Source: Escherichia coli (GTDB lineage: Bacteria > Pseudomonadota > Gammaproteobacteria > Enterobacterales > Enterobacteriaceae). Taken from it: a DNA stretch of 64,000 bases. Location: NCBI RefSeq assembly GCF_003334385.1, contig NZ_QOWN01000008.1; one strand, written 5' to 3'. Position numbers and translations under genes: made by a program. Positions 25,234 to 38,671 of this stretch are shown piece by piece. Position 1 is the first letter of the stretch; every line of letters starts with the position of its first letter. The notes under the pieces were generated by a model, which made no database searches, had not been told where the DNA came from, and was given only the letters and a program-made list of their open reading frames with translations.

Positions 25234-26391
25234 ATGGCGGAAGGAAAAGCAATGTCAGAATTTTTGCCTTTTTCGCGACCAGCAATGGGCGTGGAGGAAC
25301 TCGCTGCAGTTAAAGAGGTTCTCGAATCCGGTTGGATCACAACCGGTCCGAAGAATCAGGCGCTTGAGCAAGCTTTTTGCCAGTTGACGGGAAATCAGCA
25401 TGCCATCGCGGTCAGTTCAGCCACCGCCGGAATGCATATCACGCTAATGGCGTTGAAAATTGGCAAGGGCGATGAAGTGATTACGCCTTCCCTGACCTGG
25501 GTTTCAACCCTCAATATGATTTCCTTGTTGGGTGCAACGCCGGTAATGGTGGATGTCGACCGCGATACGCTGATGGTCACGCCTGAAGCTATCGAGTCAG
25601 CCATTACGCCACGCACTAAAGCCATCATTCCGGTGCATTATGCCGGTGCGCCAGCAGATATTGACGCCATTCGCGCCATTGGCGAACGTTACGGCATCGC
25701 AGTTATCGAAGATGCTGCCCATGCCGTCGGTACGTATTACAAAGGGCGACATATTGGCGCAAAAGGTACCGCTATTTTTTCATTTCATGCCATTAAAAAT
25801 ATTACCTGTGCTGAAGGTGGCCTGATTGTAACTGATAATGAAAACCTTGCCCGCCAGCTACGGATGCTGAAATTTCACGGTCTGGGTGTCGATGCCTATG
25901 ACAGACAAACCTGGGGCCGTGCACCGCAGGCTGAAGTCTTAACACCGGGCTATAAGTACAATCTGACCGATATTAACGCCGCGATTGCCCTGACACAGTT
26001 AGTCAAATTAGAGCACCTCAACACCCGTCGGCGCGAAATTGCCCAGCAATATCAGCAAGCACTGGCAGCTCTCCCCTTTCAGCCATTAAGCCTTCCCGCC
26101 TGGCCGCACGTTCACGCCTGGCATCTGTTTATTATTCGTGTCGATGAACAACGTTGTGGTATCAGTCGCGATGCGTTGATGGAAGCGTTAAAAGAAAGAG
26201 GCATTGGTACCGGGTTACATTTCCGCGCCGCTCACACACAAAAATATTATCGCGAGCGTTTTCCCACGCTGTCGTTACCGAATACCGAATGGAATAGCGA
26301 ACGCATCTGTTCTTTGCCGCTGTTCCCGGATATGACTACCGCCGATGCCGACCATGTCATCACAGCCCTTCAGCAACTCGCAGGACAATAA
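25234..26391 (+). CDS. arnB: UDP-4-amino-4-deoxy-L-arabinose--oxoglutarate aminotransferase (385 aa from this start)
   Basis: ATG at 25234 ([26 protein letters not shown]...); the ORF track uses a GTG at 25219; another in-frame ATG lies at 25252. DegT/ArnB-type PLP aminotransferase. Confidence 0.93.
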   Translation: MAEGKAMSEFLPFSRPAMGVEELAAVKEVLESGWITTGPKNQALEQAFCQLTGNQHAIAVSSATAGMHITLMALKIGKGDEVITPSLTWVSTLNMISLLGATPVMVDVDRDTLMVTPEAIESAITPRTKAIIPVHYAGAPADIDAIRAIGERYGIAVIEDAAHAVGTYYKGRHIGAKGTAIFSFHAIKNITCAEGGLIVTDNENLARQLRMLKFHGLGVDAYDRQTWGRAPQAEVLTPGYKYNLTDINAAIALTQLVKLEHLNTRRREIAQQYQQALAALPFQPLSLPAWPHVHAWHLFIIRVDEQRCGISRDALMEALKERGIGTGLHFRAAHTQKYYRERFPTLSLPNTEWNSERICSLPLFPDMTTADADHVITALQQLAGQ

Positions 26392-27362
<971 letters not shown>

Positions 27363-27363
<1 letters not shown>

Positions 27364-29345
27364 TGAAAACCGTCGTTTTTGCCTACCACGATATGGGATG
27401 CCTCGGTATTGAAGCCCTGCTGGCTGCCGGTTACGAAATTAGCGCCATTTTTACCCATACTGATAATCCCGGTGAAAAAGCCTTTTATGGTTCGGTGGCT
27501 CGTCTGGCGGCGGAAAGAGGCATTCCGGTTTATGCGCCGGATAACGTTAATCATCCGCTGTGGGTGGAACGCATTGCCCAACTGTCGCCAGATGTGATTT
27601 TCTCTTTTTATTATCGCCATCTTATTTACGACGAAATTTTGCAGCTCGCTCCCGCAGGTGCATTTAATCTGCATGGTTCGCTGTTACCAAAATATCGTGG
27701 TCGCGCGCCGCTGAACTGGGTGCTGGTCAACGGTGAAACGGAAACTGGCGTTACATTGCACCGAATGGTGAAACGTGCCGATGCCGGGGCCATTGTGGCG
27801 CAACTGCGCATTGCCATTGCGCCAGACGATATCGCTATTACGCTGCATCATAAATTGTGCCATGCCGCGCGCCAGCTACTGGAACAGACATTACCCGCCA
27901 TTAAACACGGTAATATTCTGGAAATCGCCCAGCGCGAAAACGAAGCCACCTGTTTTGGTCGCAGAACGCCGGATGACAGTTTCCTTGAATGGCATAAACC
28001 GGCATCCGTACTGCACAACATGGTACGTGCCGTTGCCGATCCGTGGCCGGGTGCCTTCAGCTATGTTGGCAATCAGAAATTCACCGTCTGGTCGTCGCGT
28101 GTTCATCCTCATGCCAGCAAAGCACAGCCGGGGAGCGTGATTTCTGTTGCGCCACTGCTGATTGCCTGTGGCGATGGCGCGCTGGAAATCGTCACCGGAC
28201 AGGCGGGCGACGGCATTACTATGCAGGGCTCGCAATTAGCGCAGACGCTGGGCCTGGTGCAAGGTTCACGCTTGAATAGCCAGCCTGCCTGCACCGCCCA
28301 ACGCCGTACCCGGGTACTCATCCTCGGGGTGAATGGCTTTATTGGCAACCATCTGACAGAACGCCTGCTGCGCGAAGATCATTATGAAGTTTACGGTCTG
28401 GATATTGGCAGCGATGCGATAAGCCGTTTTCTGAATCATCCGCATTTTCACTTTGTTGAAGGCGATATCAGTATTCATTCCGAATGGATTGAGTATCATG
28501 TCAAAAAATGTGATGTCGTCTTGCCGCTGGTGGCGATAGCCACGCCGATTGAATATACCCGCAACCCGCTGCGCGTATTTGAACTCGATTTTGAAGAGAA
28601 TCTGCGCATTATCCGCTACTGCGTGAAGTACCGTAAGCGAATCATCTTCCCGTCAACTTCAGAAGTTTATGGGATGTGTAGCGATAAATACTTCGATGAG
28701 GACCATTCTAATTTAATCGTCGGCCCGGTGAATAAACCACGCTGGATTTATTCGGTATCAAAACAATTACTTGATCGGGTGATCTGGGCCTATGGCGAAA
28801 AAGAGGGTTTACAGTTCACCCTCTTCCGCCCGTTTAACTGGATGGGACCACGACTGGATAACCTTAATGCAGCGCGAATTGGCAGCTCCCGCGCTATTAC
28901 GCAACTCATTCTCAATCTGGTAGAAGGTTCACCGATTAAGCTGATTGATGGCGGAAAACAAAAACGCTGCTTTACTGATATTCGCGATGGTATCGAGGCG
29001 TTATACCGCATTATCGAAAATGCGGGAAATCGCTGCGACGGTGAAATTATCAACATTGGCAATCCTGAGAACGAAGCGAGCATTGAGGAACTGGGCGAGA
29101 TGCTGCTGGCGAGCTTCGAAAAACATCCGCTGCGCCATCATTTCCCACCGTTTGCGGGCTTTCGCGTTGTCGAAAGTAGCAGCTACTACGGCAAAGGATA
29201 TCAGGACGTAGAGCATCGTAAACCGAGCATCCGCAATGCCCACCGCTGCCTGGACTGGGAGCCGAAAATTGATATGCAGGAAACCATCGACGAAACGCTG
29301 GATTTCTTCCTGCGCACCGTTGATCTTACGGATAAACCATCATGA
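27363..29345 (+). CDS. arnA: Bifunctional UDP-glucuronic acid decarboxylase / UDP-L-Ara4N formyltransferase (660 aa)
   Basis: ORF 27363..29345; N-terminal formyltransferase domain and C-terminal SDR decarboxylase domain ([10 protein letters not shown]); ATGA overlap with arnC. Confidence 0.97.
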
Positions 29346-30232
29346 CCAAAGTAGGCTTACGCATTGATGTCGATACCTTTCGTGGCACCCGTGAAGGCGT
29401 GCCGCGTCTGCTGGAAATCTTGAGTAAGCATAATATTCAGGCCAGCATTTTTTTCAGCGTCGGCCCGGACAATATGGGCCGCCATCTCTGGCGACTGGTG
29501 AAGCCACAGTTTTTGTGGAAGATGCTGCGCTCAAACGCGGCATCGCTTTATGGCTGGGATATTTTACTGGCAGGTACGGCCTGGCCAGGTAAAGAGATTG
29601 GTCATGCCAATGCCGATATCATTCGTGAAGCGGCTAAACATCACGAAGTCGGCCTGCACGCCTGGGATCACCATGCCTGGCAAGCCCGTAGCGGTAACTG
29701 GGATCGGCAAACAATGATCGACGATATTGCACGCGGTCTTCGCACTCTGGAAGAGATTATCGGTCAACCGGTAACCTGTTCTGCCGCTGCGGGCTGGCGT
29801 GCCGACCAGAAGGTGATCGAAGCAAAAGAAGCGTTCCATTTGCGCTACAACAGCGATTGTCGTGGGGCCATGCCGTTCCGTCCATTGCTCGAATCAGGAA
29901 ACCCTGGCACTGCGCAAATTCCGGTGACCTTACCCACCTGGGATGAAGTGATTGGTCGGGATGTGAAAGCAGAAGATTTTAACGGTTGGTTACTCAACCG
30001 CATCCTGCGAGATAAAGGCACGCCGGTTTATACCATTCATGCAGAAGTTGAAGGCTGCGCTTATCAGCATAATTTTGTGGATCTCCTCAAACGCGCAGCT
30101 CAGGAAGGCGTGACATTTTGCCCTTTAAGCGAACTGTTATCAGAGACGTTGCCGCTCGGACAAGTTGTTCGCGGAAATATTGCCGGACGTGAAGGCTGGC
30201 TGGGTTGCCAACAAATTGCGGGTAGTCGCTGA
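29342..30232 (+). CDS. arnD: 4-deoxy-4-formamido-L-arabinose-phosphoundecaprenol deformylase (296 aa)
   Basis: ORF 29342..30232; 4-nt overlap with arnA. Confidence 0.96.
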
Positions 30233-31884
30233 TGAAATCGGTACGTTACCTTATCGGCCTCTTCGCGTTTATTGCCTGCTATTACCTGTTACCGATCAGC
30301 ACGCGTCTGCTCTGGCAACCCGATGAAACGCGTTATGCGGAAATCAGTCGAGAAATGCTGGCATCCGGCGACTGGATTGTGCCCCATCTGTTAGGGCTAC
30401 GTTATTTCGAAAAACCCATTGCCGGATACTGGATTAACAGCATTGGGCAATGGCTATTTGGCGCGAATAACTTTGGTGTGCGGGCAGGCGTTATCTTTGC
30501 GACCCTGTTAACTGCCGCGCTGGTGACCTGGTTTACTCTGCGCTTATGGCGCGATAAACGTCTGGCTCTACTCGCCACAGTAATTTATCTCTCATTGTTT
30601 ATTGTCTATGCCATCGGCACTTATGCCGTGCTCGATCCGTTTATTGCATTCTGGCTGGTGGCGGGAATGTGCAGCTTCTGGCTGGCAATGCAGGCACAGA
30701 CGTGGAAAGGCAAAAGCGCAGGATTTTTACTGCTGGGAATCACCTGCGGCATGGGGGTGATGACCAAAGGTTTTCTCGCCCTTGCCGTGCCGGTATTAAG
30801 CGTGCTGCCATGGGTAGCGACGCAAAAACGCTGGAAAGATCTCTTTATTTACGGCTGGCTGGCGGTTATCAGTTGCGTACTGACGGTTCTCCCTTGGGGA
30901 CTGGCGATAGCGCAGCGGGAGCCTAACTTCTGGCACTATTTTTTCTGGGTTGAGCATATTCAACGCTTTGCACTGGATGATGCCCAACATAGAGCTCCGT
31001 TCTGGTACTACGTGCCGGTCATCATTGCCGGTAGCCTGCCGTGGCTGGGATTACTCCCCGGTGCACTGTACACAGGCTGGAAAAACCGCAAGCATTCCGC
31101 AACCGTCTATTTGTTGAGCTGGACGATAATGCCGCTGCTGTTTTTCTCCGTCGCTAAAGGTAAATTGCCCACCTATATTCTTTCCTGCTTTGCATCTCTG
31201 GCAATGCTGATGGCACATTACGCTTTGCTGGCAGCAAAAAATAATCCTCTGGCGCTGCGGATTAATGGCTGGATTAACATCGCTTTTGGCGTCACTGGCA
31301 TTATTGCCACATTTGTGGTCTCCCCGTGGGGACCAATGAACACGCCGGTGTGGCAAACCTTCGAGAGCTATAAAGTCTTTTGTGCCTGGTCGATTTTTTC
31401 GCTATGGGCATTTTTCGGCTGGTACACCTTAACAAACGTCGAAAAGACCTGGCCTTTTGCCGCGCTTTGCCCGCTGGGGCTGGCGTTGCTGGTAGGATTT
31501 TCAATTCCTGACAGAGTTATGGAAGGAAAACATCCGCAATTTTTTGTCGAGATGACACAAGAATCACTTCAGCCAAGCCGCTATATTCTTACTGATAGCG
31601 TCGGTGTTGCCGCAGGTCTGGCATGGAGCCTGCAACGCGATGACATCATCATGTATCGCCAGACAGGTGAGTTGAAATACGGCCTTAATTATCCGGATGC
31701 GAAAGGGAGATTTGTCAGCGGTGATGAGTTCGCAAACTGGCTTAATCAACATCGTCAGGAGGGGATTATTACTCTCGTGCTTTCGGTTGACCGCGATGAA
31801 GATATCAACAGTCTCGCCATTCCGCCCGCAGATGCCATCGATCGTCAGGAGCGTCTGGTGCTGATTCAGTATCGTCCCAAATGA
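30232..31884 (+). CDS. arnT: Undecaprenyl phosphate-alpha-L-Ara4N transferase (lipid A modification, 550 aa)
   Basis: ORF 30232..31884; polytopic membrane protein, matches recalled ArnT. Confidence 0.96.
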
Positions 31885-32216
31885 TCTGGCTAACATTAGT
31901 CTTTGCCAGCTTGCTTAGCGTTGCCGGGCAGTTGTGTCAGAAACAGGCAACCTGCTTTGTGGCGATAAACAAACGGCGCAAACATATCGTGCTGTGGCTG
32001 GGACTGGCGCTGGCTTGTCTTGGTCTTGCCATGGTGCTCTGGCTGCTGGTCTTGCAGAACGTACCGGTAGGCATTGCTTACCCGATGTTAAGTCTGAATT
32101 TTGTCTGGGTGACGCTGGCTGCAGTAAAACTGTGGCACGAACCGGTATCGCCGCGTCACTGGTGTGGGGTGGCGTTCATTATTGGCGGCATTGTGATCCT
32201 CGGGAGTACGGTGTAA
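31881..32216 (+). CDS. arnE: Undecaprenyl-phosphate-Ara4N flippase subunit ArnE (111 aa)
   Basis: ORF 31881..32216; small SMR/EamA-like membrane protein; 4-nt overlap with arnT. Confidence 0.92.
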
Positions 32217-32602
32217 TGGGCCTGATGTGGGGATTATTCAGCGTCATTATTGCCTCAGTTGCGCAATTAAGCCTGGGTTTTGCGGCGAGTCATCTGCCGC
32301 CGATGACGCACTTATGGGATTTTATCGCGGCTCTGTTAGCTTTTGGCCTGGATGCCCGGATACTGTTACTCGGGCTGCTGGGTTATCTGCTTTCCGTTTT
32401 TTGTTGGTATAAAACGCTTCATAAACTTGCGCTAAGCAAAGCCTATGCCTTGCTCAGTATGAGTTATGTGCTGGTATGGATTGCTTCAATGGTACTTCCC
32501 GGCTGGGAAGGGACTTTTTCGCTGAAAGCACTACTGGGAGTAGCCTGTATTATGAGCGGGTTGATGCTGATTTTCCTGCCCACGACAAAACAACGTTACT
32601 GA
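32216..32602 (+). CDS. arnF: Undecaprenyl-phosphate-Ara4N flippase subunit ArnF (128 aa)
   Basis: ATG at 32216 overlapping the arnE stop (taATGg); [30 protein letters not shown]...; the ORF track merges this into a longer out-of-context ORF 31934..32602. Confidence 0.9.
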   Translation: MGLMWGLFSVIIASVAQLSLGFAASHLPPMTHLWDFIAALLAFGLDARILLLGLLGYLLSVFCWYKTLHKLALSKAYALLSMSYVLVWIASMVLPGWEGTFSLKALLGVACIMSGLMLIFLPTTKQRY

Positions 32603-32862
32603 GTTTTCCCTGCCACTTTACACTGCCGTTCCCACTCATCGGGGCTATAACTGCTTGCCGAGAGGACTTTCACCGTATGCAGCTTTTCACGATTAATACA
32701 ATAAAGCGCATTCTGCAAAGGCGAGAGTAAATCCCCCACTTTCACGGCGAAGTCACTCTTCACTTCGGCGATCATTTTTATCGCGCCGCCAGCATCGCAG
32801 AGCATAAGTACATGTCTGTTATCTTGTTTATTGCAGCACGATTTTTTGACCAGCCATTCCAT
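32596..32862 (-). CDS. pmrD: Signal-transduction connector protein PmrD (88 aa)
   Basis: Start ATG at 32862 ([26 protein letters not shown]...); the ORF-track start at 32892 adds 10 codons. The 3' end overlaps the arnF 3' end by 7 bp in convergent orientation. Confidence 0.88.
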   Translation of the reverse strand: MEWLVKKSCCNKQDNRHVLMLCDAGGAIKMIAEVKSDFAVKVGDLLSPLQNALYCINREKLHTVKVLSASSYSPDEWERQCKVAGKTQ

Positions 32863-32971
32863 TGCATTATCCTGTTTGCTAAGAGTTTTCACATCAATTT
32901 ACAGATTAACAGATAAACTCTTTATCAACGGCAATGGAATGGCAGAAATGAGAAGTGAAACGGAGGGTTAA

Positions 32972-34327
32972 TTATTGCTGACGTTGCACCCACTCTTTTA
33001 GCGCCTGACGTGAAATTTTAATACCGCCGTTTTTCAGCTCCGGCGGCAGAGTTAGCCAGCGCACCGGTTGTTGAAAACGGGCCAGCTTATCTTTCACCCA
33101 TTCACTAAGATCAACGCTCTCGTGGTCATACTCCATCACCGCCACCGGTCGATGACCAAACTCCTTGTCGGCAACGGGGACGATAAACACCTGCAAAACC
33201 GCAGGATGTGCAGCAATTACGCGCTCGACTTCTTCCGGCTGAATACCCTCTCCGCCACTGAAGAATAGATTGTCTAAACGTCCGACAATGGTCAGCTTGC
33301 CATTATGCATCTCACCGCGATCGCGCGTAGCGTACCAGCCTTCGTCATTAACCAGTGAAACCAGTTGCCCGTTACGCCAGTAACCTTCTGCCATACTGGC
33401 AGCCCGCAGCCACACTTCATTATTAACGATTTTCACTTCCCGACCCGGCAGCGGCGAACCAACGTCTGCCAGGCCGTCGGCTTCTTTCGCACACACCGTG
33501 GAGGCAAACTCGGTCAGACCATAGCCGCAAAAGCAACGAATCCCCTGCTCGCGCGCCTGTTCCGTCAACTCGACCGGGATAGCCGCGCCGCCAAGTAACA
33601 CCGCTTTCAGGGAAACGGAACTACGGTTAACCAGCAAACGCCAGAGTTGTGTTGGCACCAGTGAAGCGTGAGTACAGCCTGCCAGCATTTGCTCCAATGG
33701 CTGTTTATCACGTACCGTCATCCGCGCACCAGCGTATAACCAGCGCCACATAATTCCCTGACCGGAGACGTGAAACAGCGGTAAAGAGAGCAACCAATCA
33801 TCGTGATCGCCAAACGGAATCAGCGATAACACACCTTGCGCACTGGCAAGATGGGCCTGATAAGTATGGACAGCGGCTTTCGGCAAACCGGTAGAACCCG
33901 AGGTCAACGTCATTGAGCACAGACGCGTCGGCTGCCACGTAGCGGCATGTGCGCCTTCAACCAGCTGAATGTGCAGCGACGTTAATGCCGGAAACGTGTT
34001 TTCCCCATCCGGCACCAGAGCAAATTGCAGCGTCAGATTGGGCAGCAATTCTTCAAGCAACGGTTGCGGCAGCTGAGGGTTCACGGGCAACACCCGCGCC
34101 CCGCATTGCAGTAACGCCAGCCAGGCGAGCAGCGTTTGCGGCGTATTCCACGCCCGCAACATCACGCCGCTGCCCTCAACCACCCCCTGCACCGCAAATC
34201 CGGAGGCTAATTCATCGACGCGAGCACAAAGCTCGCGCCAGTTGAGTTGCTCGTCATTAAGACGTAAGGCGATGGTTTCTCCCCGCACTTGCCGCCAGTG
34301 ACGCCACGGCCAGTCAGAGAAGATCAT
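32972..34327 (-). CDS. menE: o-succinylbenzoate--CoA ligase (451 aa)
   Basis: ORF 32972..34327; AMP-binding motif TSGSTGLPK. Confidence 0.95.
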
Positions 34328-35286
34328 AACAACCGCTCCAGTGCATCAACTTCCACGACAGGCAGCGTGCTACCCGGCCAGCGACGTACCTGCTGCGCCT
34401 GCATCAGATCCAGCGTGTCCAGCCCTGGAATGGTGTCCGGCGTTAACCAGGCGGCAATCCGCGCCAGTTGCGTTAAGCCTAAGCTCGATTCAATGGAAGA
34501 ACTGATCACCGCCGTCAGCCCCAGCGCGTGCGCCGCCTGTACCTGCTCGCGTACTTTTTCCAGACTGCCCGTGAGCGTGGGTTTGATAACTACCGCGCGC
34601 ACGCCCTCTTCAGCCACAAAGGCAAAATCCGGCTCGCGCAGGCTTTCATCCCAGGCAATGGCAATGCCGGTTTCACGGGCAAACGCTCGCGAATCATCGC
34701 GGGTTTTGCACGGCTCTTCGAGAAACGCGATGCGGTCGCGATAATCCGGGTTAACGTATTTGGCAAACTGCTGACCTTTCAGCGGTGTCCAGGCGCGATT
34801 TGCGTCAAGACGCAAATGCAGATCCGGAATTGCCTCCAGCAACAGATTCACCACCATGCCGTCGCGCACCGCTTCGTACAATCCCACTTTGACCTTCGCC
34901 ACTTTCTCGCCTGGCATATCTGCAAGTTTGAGGATCAGATCGTCCGGATCGCCATTACACAGCGGTGCCGCACGGTAGTTGGCTGCTTGCGGCAACGTAT
35001 CTGTCAGTTCTGCCAATGCACAGCTTACGCCAAAGGCCACGGAAGGCATCTGCGGTAGCTCGCAATCGCCTGCCAGCCAGTTATTTACCCAGGCAAGCAG
35101 CACACTTTGCGCCTCTTCCCAGGTTTCCTGACTGAAGCCCGGCAGTGGGGAGATCTCCCCCCACCCTTCGCGCTCGCCTTCACGCAGGCAAACATACAGC
35201 CCGTCGCGGGTTTTTAACCGCCTGTCGCGCAGAACCACCCCCGCGTCCATGGGGATCTGCCAGCGGTATACCTGCGCGCTACGCAT
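34324..35286 (-). CDS. menC: o-succinylbenzoate synthase (enolase superfamily, 320 aa)
   Basis: ORF 34324..35286; 4-nt overlap with menE. Confidence 0.95.
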
Positions 35287-36143
35287 TACGGATTCCGTTT
35301 GAATTTGCTGAAGTCAGGCTGACGTTTCTGGTTGAAGGCGTTGCGACCTTCCTGACCTTCTTCCGTCATGTAGAACAGCATGGTGGCGTTGCCCGCCAGC
35401 TCCTGCAGCCCCGCCTGCCCGTCACAGTCGGCGTTCAGTGCAGCTTTCAGGCAGCGCAGCGCCATCGGGCTGTTTTGCAGCATTTCGCGGCACCAACGGA
35501 CGGTTTCTTTTTCCAGATCCGCCAGCGGTACCACGGTGTTCACAAGGCCCATATCCAGCGCCTGTTTTGCGTCGTACTGACGGCACAGGAACCAGATTTC
35601 ACGCGCTTTTTTCTGCCCGACGATGCGAGCCATGTAGGAAGCGCCCCAGCCGCCGTCGAAGGAACCGACTTTCGGGCCAGTCTGACCGAAGATGGCATTA
35701 TCTGCCGCGATAGTCAGGTCGCACATCATGTGCAGAACGTGACCGCCGCCGATGGAGTAGCCAGCCACCATCGCGACAACCGGTTTCGGACAGGTACGGA
35801 TCTGACGCTGGAAGTCCAGCACATTCAGGTGATGTACGCCGGAATCATCTTTATAGCCGCCGTAATCACCACGCACTTTCTGGTCACCACCGGAGCAGAA
35901 CGCTTTATCGCCTGCACCAGTCAGAATGATCACGCCGATGTTGTCGTCATAACGCGCATCTGCCAGCGCCTGGATCATCTCTTTTACCGTCAGAGGACGG
36001 AAGGCATTGCGCACCTGCGGACGATTAATGGTGATTTTTGCGATACCGTCGGTGGATTTTTCATAACGAATGTCCTCGAAACCTTCGGAGCAGTCGTGCC
36101 ATTCAACCGGTGCGTAAAGCATTGCTTCATCAGGATAAATCAT
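35286..36143 (-). CDS. menB: 1,4-dihydroxy-2-naphthoyl-CoA synthase (crotonase family, 285 aa)
   Basis: ORF 35286..36143; translation [48 protein letters not shown]... matches recalled MenB. Confidence 0.97.
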
Positions 36144-36157
36144 ATTGTGTCCTTTAG

Positions 36158-36916
36158 TCAGAAACGCAAGATCTGCGCCAGACTTGCGATTACGCCAGCG
36201 GGATTTTCCCGATGCGCGTTATGTCCGGCGCGAGGAATGACATGGCAGTCGGCAGCCAGTTCCGCCGCCAGGGCGCGGAATTTGCTGTCACGTTCACCAC
36301 ATAAATAATAAAACGCAAATGTGCGGGCGCTAAGGTTAGCACGTAAATCAGGCTGGACGGCGAGAGAAGTCGCCTCCAGCATGGCGGCAAGCGTTGCGCC
36401 ATTATTGTTGCTGCGCAGCGCCACCAGCTCCCGGCGTTGATCGTCATTGAGTGAGGCAAAAACAGGCTGTTGATACCAGTCGGCAAATACCGCCGTTAAC
36501 GGTTCTGTGAGAAAACGCTGCACCCATTGGCGATCGGAACGCTGACGTTCCGCACGTTGTTCAGCATTTTGCAGCCCCGGATGCCCGCCTTCGACAATAA
36601 CCCCACAAAGCCCCGCCAGCCCCTGGCAAGCCGCCATCATCGCCACCCGTCCACCAAGCGAGTACCCCACCAGCCAGAAGTCAAGGATGTTGTAACTAAC
36701 CAAGGTTTTACGCAGTAAGTCGGTGACATCATCAAATCCATCGACGCTAATCGCCGCCGAACCACCGTGACCTGGGAGATCAACATACAACCGTGAGTAG
36801 TCGGCAAACGCCTCGCCCACTTCTTGCCATTCGTGGCAATCGCCGGAAAAACCGTGCAAAAACACCAGCCAGGGTAAACCTGGTTTTCCGTGTTTTGCCT
36901 GCGCGTGCAGGATCAT
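36158..36916 (-). CDS. menH: SHCHC synthase (alpha/beta hydrolase, 252 aa)
   Basis: ORF 36158..36916; alpha/beta-hydrolase nucleophile motif GYSLGG. Confidence 0.93.
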
Positions 36917-38583
36917 AAATGGCTTACCTGCGCCAGAAGTTGCTGGAGCGTTTGCGCACCATCGGTGTCGTTAACCACCATTTCAATCACCGTGGTGGTT
37001 GGCGTGCGCCAGGCGTCGGCAAATGCCGTTTCAAGTTCCTGCCAGTTTTGCGGACGATGATATTTCAGCTCGAACATCGCGGCGGCGTGCTCAAAATGGA
37101 CGTTTTGCGGCATCAGATAGAAACGCTCACGCTCGCTTTGCGGCGTTGGCAACAGCGAGAAAATTTGCCCGCCGTTGTTGTTCACCACAATTAATACCAG
37201 CGGCGCAGAAACCTGACGCAATAACGCCAGCGCGTTGAGATCGTAAAGTGCGGAGAGATCGCCCACAATCGCCAGCGTCGGTTTGCCGCTTGCCCGCTGA
37301 ACGCCGGCGGCGGTCGAAAGCAGCCCGTCGATACCGCTGGCCCCACGGTTGCTGTACACCGGGTAACCTGCCGGAAGTTGCGAAAGCGCATCAATCAGAC
37401 GTACCACCAGGCTGTTACCAACAAACAATTGCCCCTGTTCAGGCAGATAGTCGCAGATGCGATGCGCCAGTTGCGCTTCGCCAAACGCATCACGGCGGGC
37501 AATAACCGCCTGCATTGCCTGTTCCGCCAGGCGCGGGATTTCAACGCACCAGGGCTGGCGTTTTTCTGCCGGATGCAGCTCCAGCCAGTCGGCAATATTG
37601 GCAATTAAGCGACGTCCGCGATGGTGTGCCGGATCAAGTCGCCCTTCAATGTCATCAACAATCCAGTACTCTTCTGGTTCACAGCTTGCCTGCCATTGCA
37701 GGAGCCGTTTCCCCGTCAGGCTGCTTCCCAGTTGCACCACAATTTGCGCCTGCTGCAGCTCGCTGGTCGCTTTGGCATTGCCTAACCAAAGATCGGCACA
37801 CGGCAGCGGCTGCCCGGTTTGTGACAGCACATCGCCAATCAGCGGCCAGCCAAGAGTTTGCGCCCACAGGGCAACTTTTTTGCCCTCTTCCGCACTCATG
37901 CGCCCGGCAACCACCACGCCGCGCTTTTGTCGCCAGAAGAACCAGTCGCGCTGTTTTTCACTTTCCAGACGAGGCGCTTCACGCAGCCACGGTTTGTCGT
38001 CCTGCCACCAGTCACCCAGACGCTGTTGCCAGCTAAGCCCGGTATCGTCCATTTCGCCATACAGCGGTTCAGCAAACGGGCAGTTGATATGGACTCCCCC
38101 CGCATGAAGCGTACCGAGAGCGTGGTCGATGGTAGAAACCAGCCAACGTGCGGGGATATCCTGGGTCGGGCGCGGCAATGAAATACTGTGCGTGGGGTGA
38201 GAGGCGAACATTCCCGGCTGGCGAATTGCCTGATTCGCGCCGCAGTCAATTAGCTCCGGCGGGCGATCGGCGGTTAAGAGAATCAGTTTTTCTCCGGTTA
38301 ACCCGGCTTCAATCAGTGCCGGATAGAGATTTGCCACCGCCGTGCCGGAGGTCACAATCACCGCCACCGGCTGCTTGCTGACTTTCGCCAGCCCCAGCGC
38401 CAGATGCCCCAACCCACGCTCATCGAAATGGGTGTGGTGAATGAATGCGGAATTCTCCGCCGCCGCTAACGTTAACGGTGTAGAACGCGAGCCTGGGGCG
38501 ATACAGATGTGTCTGACGCCGTGACGCGTTAATGCTTCCAGAATGACCGCCGCCCAGCGTCGGTTAAATGCGCTTACTGACAT
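36913..38583 (-). CDS. menD: SEPHCHC synthase, ThDP-dependent (556 aa)
   Basis: Start ATG at 38583 ([35 protein letters not shown]...); the ORF-track start at 38934 is an artefactual extension overlapping the menF 3' end. Confidence 0.95.
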   Translation of the reverse strand: MSVSAFNRRWAAVILEALTRHGVRHICIAPGSRSTPLTLAAAENSAFIHHTHFDERGLGHLALGLAKVSKQPVAVIVTSGTAVANLYPALIEAGLTGEKLILLTADRPPELIDCGANQAIRQPGMFASHPTHSISLPRPTQDIPARWLVSTIDHALGTLHAGGVHINCPFAEPLYGEMDDTGLSWQQRLGDWWQDDKPWLREAPRLESEKQRDWFFWRQKRGVVVAGRMSAEEGKKVALWAQTLGWPLIGDVLSQTGQPLPCADLWLGNAKATSELQQAQIVVQLGSSLTGKRLLQWQASCEPEEYWIVDDIEGRLDPAHHRGRRLIANIADWLELHPAEKRQPWCVEIPRLAEQAMQAVIARRDAFGEAQLAHRICDYLPEQGQLFVGNSLVVRLIDALSQLPAGYPVYSNRGASGIDGLLSTAAGVQRASGKPTLAIVGDLSALYDLNALALLRQVSAPLVLIVVNNNGGQIFSLLPTPQSERERFYLMPQNVHFEHAAAMFELKYHRPQNWQELETAFADAWRTPTTTVIEMVVNDTDGAQTLQQLLAQVSHL

Positions 38584-38671
38584 GAGTTTGTCCGGTATCA
38601 ATATTGCGGCTAAGTATAAGGAGCTACAAAAATAGATTATTGATATGAATCGGTAATGATGCGACTCATTA

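Noticed and set aside
32863-32971. PhoP box upstream of pmrD
   Set aside because: Only a weak resemblance (agtttatctgttaatctg) to the (T/G)GTTTA-N5-(T/G)GTTTA direct repeat could be found by eye; not confident enough to call.
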